A stretch of DNA of 64,000 bases from Amphiscolops sp. MND2022 (Eukaryota), in NCBI GenBank assembly GCA_964187785.1, contig OZ076420.1:8494001-8558000 (forward strand), written 5' to 3'. This document shows positions 34,711-46,132 of the stretch, piece by piece. The position numbers and the translations under genes are program-made. The notes beneath the pieces were generated by a model. It searched no databases. It worked only from the letters and a program-made list of their open reading frames with translations, and was not told the origin of the DNA. Each line of letters begins with the position of its first letter. Within the stretch, counting starts at the first letter, position 1.

Positions 34711-37700
34711 ATATATTTATTTTGCGGACCTTTGTTAGAAAATGGCTAAAATTGACCGCAAAAAGTCTAAAATGTCAAAACTGTTGCTGATTTCTGACAC
34801 TTTCAGTGGTTCATTTTTTGATATACGAAAAATTTGGTGAAACAAAAGCTTCGGAAAGCTCCAGTTGGTATAACTAGGTCCGCAGTTTTCTTTTTAAAAA
34901 ATTGCACTTTCCAGGAATGACCTAATTTTTGCAAACAAATGACAGCACGTGTGCATAAAATAGTTAAAAAACTCAGCAACGACAAATTCTGTTGTCCGGT
35001 AGGCGTTTTGGAAGATGTTACTGCAATTTGTGGTTGGAAATGAGCCCAGACCCACCCCAAAAACCAAAAAGCACCCTAATGACACTTCTATCTCACCTTT
35101 TGTTCAAACCAAAAAATTTTGTTGAGGAAAAAACACTCCTTGACCTTAAATTGAAACAAGAGTGTATTCAAAACGCAATTTGTGAAAGAAAGTGACTAAA
35201 GTTCCTCGAATTCGACAACAAAGGTGCCAAACATTATTTTATCAGAGTGTTTAGCTACCAAGTGTTTCGAAGTAGTGGACAAGTTTATCAGTAAAATTAT
35301 CAAAAAACTTATTAACGAATTTTTTCTGTCAAATATTCATCATCCAAGAAACTGCGAGCAAAATCACTAGGTATGGTATACGCCTTTCAAAGTAGATTGT
35401 TTCTGCAGTTCCCTGCGAAAACCCGAGGATTACCCAAAAGTCAATAAGTTTTCGGCGTTTTTTGGAAATTTTTTAGTACAATTTTAGAGCTACTTCTGAT
35501 TTAGAATGGTATAACCATTCAACAACTAAAAGCGGTTTCGATGAGGCTTTTTAGAGGAGAGATATGTAGTTTCGTGTCAAACATGTTTGTCAAATAGACC
35601 CCAAATTTGTCACAAATATCAAATTTCTATTTTTACACTTCTGGTGACGTTATGAGAAATATTAAAACAAGCTGTGACTGCCCAAGTTGGCGCCCCGCTC
35701 AACTTTCTTAAACTTGCTAAGACACTAGTTTCAAACTTTTACCTTTTTCTCAGTGCCAGAAATTACCCCAGAAAATGCGTGGGAAACCACTTTCACCAGA
35801 ACTCAAAAAACCACAATTGCAAAAAAAGTTATCGGAAGTTGTTTCTGTAGAAATTTTTCAGAAACTTTCGCTTAACTGTCGCAGAAAGTCGCACAAAAAA
35901 AACAAAAACTGGCCAGTTAAGCTTGCAAAACGCTGTGGTTTTTGCTGAAAATCAAGCGAGGGAGTTTTTGTTTGCAAAAAAATGTTAAAAACGTCACATA
36001 GTCCCGAGAAGTATCTAAAGGCGGAGCCTTTGGTCCCTCCCTACGTTTCCAACATAAAACCTCTTTTGGTTGAGTGTGACACTCGAACCCACGTACCTTT
36101 GGTTCTAGCATTGCAGGAAATCCGCGTTATCTGATAGATCAAATCGTCCTGAGAAACGTAACTTGAAACACACGAGTCGGTACCTGAAACACACAAGTAG
36201 TTACTAGATCAGGTGTTATCGAAAGATATACTGACAAAAAGCCATTACTATTGTCCTCTTTTCCTGACAAAAAACGCACACTGATAATTTGGTATGTTAG
36301 GTACTGGAATCCACATACTTCAACAACAAAACTATTAGGTATTTAGCGTGTTTATAAACTAGACATTTGCTTTAAAAGTGGGCTTAAAAATGAATCAAAT
36401 CTTTCTTCCATTCTTGTATTTTCTTTCTTTGCATTTTCATAAGTGTATTGGCTATTCTTGAGCCTCGTATTTATCAGTTGTAGAACAGCTTGGGGCCAAT
36501 ATCTCGCTGCTCAGCGGGCGTCTTGTTAACGTTTTGACCAGTTTGTTCATATGTTGTACATTTCCTGAACTTTTTCGTATATATCACAACCTCTAGAATT
36601 CCACGAAAAAATTTTTATTAAAGACATCATACCTTTTGAAGGCTCTTCAGGCCGAAAAACATACCAGTCCTCAGCAGCTGGGTTCGTTTGAAAGTGTCTT
36701 GTTTTTTGTTTACTCCAAGAAAATCATCGAAGTTTTAGTCGGATGATTTTGAAGTTTTTTTTCAGATTATCGTTACAGACAACCTGTTCACCCTGAACAT
36801 GCTCCTGTTGGTCAAGCTGACCGGAATCTGACCCCGGCACAACGAAATCACCCGACATTTCTTTGACCCGTTCATGACGTGTACAGAGTTCAGTTGCAAG
36901 CCCCGTCGGTATCCACTAACCCAGCCAAAATTGTTGACAAACAATCGACCAATTAAACCGCTGTTTCGAATATCCTTGTATCCGAACTGAACTATGATGA
37001 ACGTTTATTCTGACGTGACGTATATACAAAAATAAAAAACGGTTTAATTGATACTTCGACGTTATTTCCTCAAAATAATGCGTCCTGATGGGAACAAGAT
37101 TGGATCCGAACTCAACCATAAAAAAATACTTGTCATTTACCAAACAAATATTTCCTTCCAACGATAGAAAATGAGAAATATCCACGTTATTCACGTTTTC
37201 TTCCAAACTAGGTTTGTTCAAAGGTGTTGAAAAAATCTTTTCTGAACGGCTACTTTGGATTATTATATGCATTTACACTATTGTTCACTAAAGCTGTTGA
37301 CAAATGCAATCTCAAGTGCTTGTAAACTTGTCAACAGCTTTAGTGAACAATAGTGTATCATTGATTCGTTTTTCAAATTTGCTGAATTTTGAGCTGCATT
37401 TTGAGTAGAAAAACAGGCGTCTTGTGGTTCAAAAGAAAAGAGGCAATGAACAAAACGATTCTCTCCCAATGCCGTCTTTTAACAGCATATCGAAATACCG
37501 CTATGTACTGCGTCTCTTGTTGAATTTTAAGAATTAGAGACGCTTGAAACGTTTCTTCAAGTTATAACGCCAAGGTATGTGCCACAAATACCTGTGAACT
37601 AAGCCAACACATCAGAATCAGTAGTTTGAGAAAGACAACCCACTGAATAGAAATAGTGACATAGAATTAAATATCCCGTTCACCTTTCTGAAACGTTTCC

Positions 37701-37763
37701 GGCTTCGTCAAGTTGTAGAATTTTCAAGGAAAAGGGAGGAAACAGGTTTGCTTGGGAAGCTCC

Positions 37764-38225
37764 TGAAACGGCAAGCGCTAAGCGGTTGTATCATAACATT
37801 GGAGTGGAGGAACTGGTACCATGGATATGGTCTGGGACAAACCACCATGATATCAGCTCACTTTGTCCTCCTAAGGATAGCCGATCCCGAGGAGGGGGAA
37901 CCGTCTCTAGGGACGCTCTCTGGCCTGACACCAGTCTGTAACTGCTAAAAATCACGGGAATTGTACTTTCTTCTCACACCCACCGCGTAAATAGCTCGTA
38001 AAAACGACAAGATAGTTTAGAACTGAATTTCATCAGTATGGATCTTTGTAAAAGCATATCGTAAGAGTAGCCCTCGAGCTAATGATTAATCAAACAAATT
38101 GCTGTCTCTCAATCATTACTGCTGACAGGTACTTTGCCAAAATCATGTTCAAGTGCCACGTCAGCTTTGAACGAATTTTTCAAAATTTGCCAAACTTTCG
38201 TTGATCAGAGGATGACGTTATATCA
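37764..38225 (-). repeat. 3' LTR of family B
   Basis: The minus strand reads TGATATAAC...CGTTTCA, preceded by CAGAAGCCCGGGGAG (38240-38226), a PPT-like tract. Confidence 0.75.
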
Positions 38226-39016
38226 CTCCCCGGGCTTCTGGCTTGTCGTCACCGGCAAGCATTGCAGGACCTCGCCCAGGAACAGGATGCTGCCCACGCT
38301 GTTGATACGTCTTGAAACAAGGACGAATCCTTGTCAAAGAGCTGTTGTAGGAATGGCGCCGTCTGGAATCCTATGAAATACTACCTTGAAACTTCGTATT
38401 TTTACAAAAAATAAATCGTGACGGTTCTAGCGCCAGCTCGAGAGCTAGGAGTCTTTAGGCACCTTTCGCCACTTTCAAGCACCTTTTGAGGTTAAATCGT
38501 TTCTTTTATGGCAAATGCCAGCTAAAAAATTTTTTTCTCTAGTTTCTTAAAGTTCCATTTTTCTCAATTTTTTGGTTAATTTTTTTACTGGGAGCGCGCG
38601 AGCTCCACTACAGGAAAGACAGTAGATGGAATGCACACGACTCAACGAAAGATTAGCAATTCTGTTTAAAAGATCTTTTCAAGTTTCTTTTCGCCTTTAG
38701 GCCTGGAACTGCTTTTGGGGACACCACTCGAAGTGTTAGGAGTGAAGAAAAATGTATTTTCTTGGTTGCCTTTTGGACACTTGATTTAATTCAGCCCAAA
38801 CACGCGGGGCAAGCGCACTCTGAGGCCATACACCCACGGCATACTATCAAATAGTACTAAATAACAACAAACTAAAATTGCACCAATTTAGGAGGTAGCA
38901 CCAATGTGAGGTAACAGGTAATTGGGCTAAGTTTTGGCAGTTTCGTGTGCTATGAGCCCTCAAGCTCCGTGTGTGATTGGTGAGCCCTGGAAGGCACCGT
39001 ATTGTTGGCAGTTGAT

Positions 39017-41092
39017 TCATTGTATAGCCGATTTGCGGTGGCTACTGTGTGAAAATTCTGTGGATGGAGAGGTTTCATTCGTCGAGGCACGTCTGGTAGG
39101 GGACGGCACAATAGTGCCCGTGTCGGTGTTGATTGTGAGTCCTCCGATCGGGTCCACGATCGCTGCCTTCGGTGTTAGCTCCGCGGCATGCTCGCCGGAC
39201 TGATCGGGTATAAGAGGCATAGCTGCATCTTCCCGGACCTCATCTGCCGGAGCTGCTTCCACAGTCAGTGGCTGTTCCAACGACATTGCCATTGTAGGGG
39301 TTGGATAAGGTGGTGCAAAGGTTCGTGAGCGCCGTGTTTCAGCTCTGTGTTTCAGCCGGCCTGTTTCCAGCGCCCGCAAGCTCTGTTCCATTTTTTGAAG
39401 TCACTGACCTCTAGATTCAAACATTCCTCGTCCCATTCAGCTCGTAGTCCAGGACCTAAGACGAAAAGTACTACGTCCAGTAGCACCAAAGGCATGTCGC
39501 CAGACATCGTCATTTTTCCTTGTGGGTACCAGGCAGGTTCGTACTGCACTGGAGCCTTGCGGTGAGAGAAATTGCGTTTTCGTACTTGTGCGGCCATTTC
39601 AATCCATTGGTGGACGCGTACAAAGTCCAGATATTGTAACTGGTGATCCAGCATTCTTGCCCTCGAGCAATAGGGCGCGCGCGGGGTCAACCCACGGGCT
39701 CCTTCCAATACCGGTTGGGGATCGGGATAAATTTGAACTTGTAGTCGGCTCGTGCATTGGGACTAGCCCTCAAGCTAGCATTAATAATCGTGCGCAGAGT
39801 TTCTGTGGACGATGGGGATCTGAATGCTTGCCCCTGCAGGTCGACGGGAGCATTATACCAGTTGACTGTCCGAATTCTCTAGGTAGCACAGTTGCTTTTC
39901 GCGTGCGTGCCCTAATGATTCCTATCATGTTTTCATCTGACTGTTGTTTGGTCTTGATGGTGGTGAAAACCTGCCGCACTTCACTGCTAAGGAGTTCTTT
40001 GAAAACATATTCATAGTCCATGGGAGGTCTTCCTGTAAATACGTGAAGATTGAGGACCGTGGCCACCTGCACATCCATGGACTCGGGTTTCGTCAGTAGT
40101 CCTAAAGGTCCAAAAATGGGAACTAGCACCGGGCGATGACTGGGACCAAGTCCTCGACCTCGGCCAGTGTTAGGTCCGCCAGTTGTTGTGTCATGGCCAA
40201 TCCAGCATTCTCGTTGGGGAGCTGGGTGTCTGGATTATGGAGTGACTGTGATCATGTAGGCCGGACGCGAAGACCAGCGCCGAAAACAGCCAATGCTGCA
40301 GAGAACCTCTCAGTTTCAGCGAAGGTTCAGTATAGTTCTACTTGTCTTGCATGAACAATACTTCGCTCAAGCCAATCAGTCCATTCATCTTGCCTTGAGC
40401 CAGTACTAGGTAAGTATTGAACTCTAGCAAGCCTCCGGCAGCTACTACGTCCACGATTATGGCTAGAGGACCAGCGACAAATCTGAGAGGTCCCAAAGCT
40501 AGCGCGAAAGATAGTATCCCAATTACGATCATGAGTTCCAGTGTATCTGTGAGTTTCTTCACCTGCGAACAACTCAAATTGAGCTCGTCGGTTACCACAT
40601 CTAAGTTCCAGCCTATGCCGAAACTCCTCAATAAAGCTGGAAAAGAGATAGACAGCGCTCGAGCTGCCATTGAAGGGTGACTTTTGGCAGCCGGTCCTAA
40701 TACCACCCACCGTAGGTGATTTCGCGGGCTTGTGTATAGCCTGATCCAGGGTAACCGCTTCATGGGCTACAATGTGTCGCAAAACCAAGGGTAGTCTGAT
40801 AATCCCTGTGTTTTCAGCAAAATGGATCTGAGGGATGGTACGTTCCACCTCGCCATTGGCCGGCCACTTGCCGATTTGATCCCACACTGCGACTAGGTCT
40901 GCCTTTAACCGTGATGCGGTGGGCCTCGCTGACCAACCAGTTGTATCGGCGCGTAATTGCGCGCTCCGTCAGGGTTGCATCGGGAAGAAGGCGGTTGCCT
41001 TCCTCATCAAATGTGAAACGACCCAGACGCATGCCGTGATCATAATTGATGACGTCATCCCATGTCAAATGCGCAATTCTATTTTTCTCCAT
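39017..41092 (-). pseudogene. Family B accessory ORF4 (~690 codons, fragmented), function unknown
   Basis: Consecutive minus-strand ORFs 40814-41122 (ATG at 41092), 40338-40763, 39770-40129, 39352-39708 and 39017-39391 tile the interval. Confidence 0.55.
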
Positions 41093-41363
41093 TACAATAC
41101 ATATGACGCAACGAACTAGCAAGGTCGATTAACAGCCATTAAAAACGCGTTCTTATTTCAGATACCCGTTACGAGTTTTACTCGTTACACTGTGTGATTT
41201 GGCGTTACGCGTAATGATCAAACTACAGTAAATGATTACTTTACACTCTCTACAATTACGTACTTGGACTGGTTTCCACTTCACACATGAATGGAAGCAT
41301 CGTTTGGAGTTATTTTTACTCACCGTGTGTACCAAGATGTGACTGGTTTCCACTTTTCTCTAA

Positions 41364-43692
41364 TTACGTACGCTCAATGATCACAATCCGCAATTTCTGA
41401 TTACACAGTGCATCACAATCCATGATTAACACGGTGAACTGTTTGACTAGAATACGGTTCGCTCTAGTTTCACGGAAAATACAGTTTATACTTGATGATA
41501 AATTCCACTTTTGCGGCATATGTATCGTTACGTCCAGTGTCTGCAGCAGACGAGACATCGCTGCCAAATATGCATGAACTGACAGCGCTGCTGGACGCAA
41601 ATCATTTTGTCCAATGCGCAGGTTGGGAGCACACAAGTCGATGTTTCTTGCCAGGCAGATGTCGCTCAACATGTTCACGAACAGCTGGAACGCGCTTCCC
41701 CAGTACAACATGCCTGGAGGCAACACGAAGAGCACAAGAGTGATCAACTGCGTGCGGAGCAGTTCTGCAGTTCTTTCCATGGCTGTTGCTACTTGATGTA
41801 ATACTCGTGCTACTTCATTCCTGGCTGCCTCGCGATTAGGCATTTCGCGCAGGATCCTTGGTAGTAGTAGGTCTTGTAACAGACCATCACAGGCCATGAA
41901 TTGACCAAGTTGGCGAAGATGAATAGCTTGGGGGTGGTTCTTTTTGGAGGCCCTAGAGATCCGGGGCAAACAATTCCGCAGCAACCTCCGCCATCTCTGG
42001 CAGACGATGAAGGTGCATGGTAACCACCAATAGGTCTGGCACAATGTTGTCTACTGGTAGGTCGCATGGGACCGTGGAGTCTGTCATTACTCAGAATCGC
42101 GTGCGCTGCACCAAGTTTTTGGGTATGGGCTTCAAGGATTCTAGACTCCTGGGGTTTTCCGCTGTGTGTTTCCCAGGTCTTAGCAAGGAGTATCTCGCTT
42201 TGAATTGTTCATTCAAGTTGTTCTGCATTGGTCGCAAATAGTTATCATGGGCGAGCGCCAGTCGTGCTACAACACGCTGCTCCCATACCTGCTCGCCAAT
42301 GTCGACGTCAAAGGCACGAAGTGTTCTCGACAAGTGAGCCACTATTGATAGTTTTCTCAATTGCGCCTGATCCGCAGTAGAGGGAGGAACACGCTGGCAA
42401 TCTCTGAAATGTCTATCCAATTTTCGTGGGGCTACCTGCCAGATTCTATTTGCATCTCTGATCACCAGCGAACCAACCACGTCTTTTGAAGGCGGGTAGT
42501 ACGGCGGGACCTTAGTTGCTGTCCCCGCCGTTGAGGTAAAAATGGAGGACGCGGTGTTTGCTGTGCCCTCGAGCACAGAAGACGGACTGGGAGCGCAACG
42601 TTCCATCACCTCACTCATCGACGGCTGGGGCTCAGGAACTCCTTGGTAGCACAGCTTTGGGGGCTCTGGAATTACTACCGAATGTGGTGCGTTGTTCCGT
42701 TTGTCGGGGGAGGACGACTGGTAGGGCTTTCACTCGTACTTGCTGCTCCCGTTAGTTCGTGGGGCAGACACCCTTTTACGCCTGGCTGTTCGTCTGAGAC
42801 GGGCGACAGCCCTTGAACTGGAGATACACGTGGTGTGGTGGTGCTGGGTCCTGGAGCTTGACTAGTCCTTGTCGACATAGAGCCTTCGAACTGAAAAAGT
42901 GCGTCTATCAATGATTGTAGGCCAGGAAGACTGCGAGATACAGTCTCTACAAAGCCTCTGGACTCTGGGTAATTGGCTACATCTTGCAAGGCTTGGATTA
43001 CCGCTTGCTCGCTTGGCGTTCGTTTAGACATGTTGAGTGCTACTAGTGGGCGGGTTAACGAGGGCGCCGAAGACTGAGCCGATTCTACTCTGGCGCTGGA
43101 TACCTGGCGCTGACTGGAACCTGCGAGTTCCGAATTAGAGGACAAGCTAACAGTGTGCAGTGTCATGTGTGGAGCATGTACAGCGGCAGGAGCACCAGCA
43201 TACGGTGCCTGAGTGTTAGGTGCCACTGAAGCAAGTGTGGGCAGCAATTGCTGCACATTTGGCGAGTAGATTGAGAAAGGATGAGGTTGTGGCTGGATTA
43301 CCATATGAGCCGGCGGCAGTGGCTGGGGTGCTGGTACGCTAGAAGGCACGCGCAGCGTAGCCTCCTGCTCAAAGGTGGTTTGCGTGCGAGGGCCATAGAC
43401 TGCAGTGGACCGGCCATCCAGGAAGGGGTGCGTTAAATCGTAGCCATGCCATACTTCATTGCGGCAGGTCATGGTAGGCTTGTACCCAGCTTCGTCGGTG
43501 ACTGTTGATACCGCCATTCTCGGCAACGTGGTCTGCGTCTCCAATTGGGCCAACAAGGCGAAATTGCATTACGTAGCCTTTCCTCAGTGAATCGTACCTG
43601 AATGGTACGCTGCCCTCGAGCAGAGTCATGCATTGGTGCGGTATTAGCGGGCACTGATGAAGAGGCTGTGTGATGGTAAGGCAATTTATCAT
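41364..43692 (-). pseudogene. Family B accessory ORF3 (~775 codons, fragmented) with a Pro/Gln-rich middle and SGNH-like C-terminus
   Basis: ORFs 43456-43692, 42675-43556, 42091-42618 and 41364-42044 tile the interval; motifs RF*VMTDSTV, PDLLVV, LVLFVLPPG and NDLRP. Confidence 0.55.
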
Positions 43693-43992
43693 GGGTCTAA
43701 AACCAAGTACTCATCAGACCTGCTTCGTCTCATTAACTGTTAAGCAATAAAATGAAAATTATGAGCTCCTTAGGGGAACTCGGTAACTGTCGATGAATAA
43801 TGTAACATTAAGTAGAAGTAAGCGACTGGGAAACTAAGGAGATACCAGGTATCAATACTTCGTATTTTAATGTAAAGTTACTAAGAATTAAAAGAAGCGC
43901 TTAAGGCACTTCTGAAGGTAAACTCCATAAACATGAAACCGTGGTTCACGGCAGAATTCCTGCCGGTCATGGTACCATCATTTGGGATTGTT

Positions 43993-46132
43993 CTATGGTA
44001 GTTCATTGCCTACCTCAATGCCCAAAATTGACACATTCACGCGAATGTGTAGTAATACATTGACATTATTTCCCGCGAACAGATCCATCATCACTAGATA
44101 AAGGTTGGCCAAAGAGTGCACTGGCCTTTCAGGATCCAGTATTGGAAAGTGAATAGTAGAGATTCCCCTGTCTTCCCCTGCCACGCTATCAGTTTCCAGC
44201 CAGAGTAGAAAGTAATCTGCTACCAGCGACGCACGCTGATTTGCACGGGTTATCATTAGGCGGATCATTTGAGATGGTTTTTTCGTGATCTAGGGGGTTA
44301 GCGTTAGTATCTCCCCCACTTGCGGACGCAAGGGGAAGACCTGTTCCAGGTCACATTCACGCAGCACATAGCGCAGCGCAGCTGAACTAGTCTCTAAGTC
44401 AGCGGGGCATGGCAAAGCAATGTGACCTTCAGCTTGCAGGAAATCAGTGTCTCGTACAGAATGCATTCCACTAGATTAGGACGTAGATTGCATAGGTAGA
44501 CTATATCTCGTCCAGGTCCGTTGTCAGGAGGTAGGCACACACGTGGGGTACGCCCTTGTATTGCGACCAGATCTTGCCATACGGAACGTGGCAATGCTTG
44601 ATTATCCACATTCGCCCGGACCCATGTGTCCAGTGCCATAACCTGCAGGGGTTCTTCGAATGTGTGGATCCACTCATCTAACAGTCGAATTCGCAGGTAG
44701 TTGACAAAGCACGTGATGATTATTTCTAACCACCAGCGAAACTTCACTTTACCCCTATACCTATCGATAAGGCGGAAGCACAAGATTAGCTCTTCCGTGG
44801 TTGAAGTCCTCAGACTTTCCAAGCATAATAACAAGTGCTGTGGGTTTACTAACGTATCAGCTCGTGGGGCAGTCACCAGTAGCCACCAGTACGGGGCGGG
44901 GCTGTAGAAGCCACCCGGCTCGACTTCTACCCCATATCGGTCAAGTAGCAGGCCAGCAGAGATGCACCTGGCCATTTGCATTGGCTCTCGCTCGAAATTG
45001 AACGGGCGGAATTCTTTGTATCGGAGACAGGGCGCTTTGGCGAAACCTGGTACTGCGAGTTGCTGTAGAATTGTTTCAGCGGAGTGGTTGCTAGTTCTTT
45101 CTACACCAGCGAAGGTCTTTTCCGCTCGTACAACAATGCGGTGAACTAAATACTCGTTCTGTCGTCTTTCCGGGGCGACTCTCCGGGCTCCAATAGGAAC
45201 CTCCCGGTTCTCATTCACAGCTGATATGCAGACGCAGTCGGGTAGACCACACGTTCCACATTTGTTTCTAGGCCACCGTTTTTGCCTTAGTTGATACCGC
45301 GAAGCTTGAGACTCTGCCTGCTTCTCCGTCGGAGCCTAGTTACATCTGTAGCGTCTCTAGCCGATACTTTCCGTTGACGAGTCACCCGCGTTTTTTTCGA
45401 GCCCCCCCCTCACAGTGTGGAAGAAACAGCGGTGTGGTTTTGAGGAGCAACTACAGCGAAATCATCTACCGAAGGAGATGAAGGGCGCGACAAGGACATG
45501 TTAGAGTCCTCAGCCTGGTGAGGCCATTTGGATAGTTGCTGAGGTAATCAGTGAGGGATGGATGAGTCAGCAAGGAGGCAGGCGTACCAACCGGGGATTG
45601 CTCTTGTGGGTTGTCTGAAGGCAACAGTTGTAGCAACAGTGAGCGCGCGAGCTCGTGGTGAGAAACCAACTGAGGCAGGCAGTGAATAAAAGAGACGTCA
45701 GACATTGGATCTGTGGGTCTAGACTCAACAGGTAGGTCGGGAGGCAAGGTGGCTTGGTCCCGGTCCTGAGGATAAGTGGGGATGGGGAGCATAGTCCCGG
45801 AAGGTTTATCGTCTAGTTCTAACGTGGAGTAGTCAAATTGCTGATAATGTGGTTGTGATTGTCCGGCACGGAGTTTAGTGCGGAGTCTTGTATTCATCCA
45901 GTGCTGTCGACGGGAGGGCAATGACACATTCGACGCTTCTGAAAGAAATTGTTCATATTTGTAAAAGGATTGGGACATTTCATCAATTATAGGTTCAACA
46001 GAGCGCTCCGGCTCCGGATCCAAGACGTTGGCGACTTCGCCGGTGTCAAAGGGGTTAGTGGCGAACTCTGTTGGGCCACTGTGATGCGGTTTAGGACGTT
46101 CAGAGTGCATCTTTTGCCCAATATTTAAGTCC
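43993..46132 (-). pseudogene. Long C-terminal extension of family B pol (or a separate ORF), unknown domains
   Basis: 45466-46110 is in frame with the integrase C-terminus across one TAG. RYQLR...KCGTCGLPDCVC (45260-45228) runs in frame into ORF 44394-45218, and 43993-44268 continues after a frameshift. Confidence 0.55.

Noticed and set aside
38593-38605. AGCGCGCGAGCTC shared with ~56676-56688
   Set aside because: The flanks do not align, and a 13-mer match is expected by chance in 64 kb.
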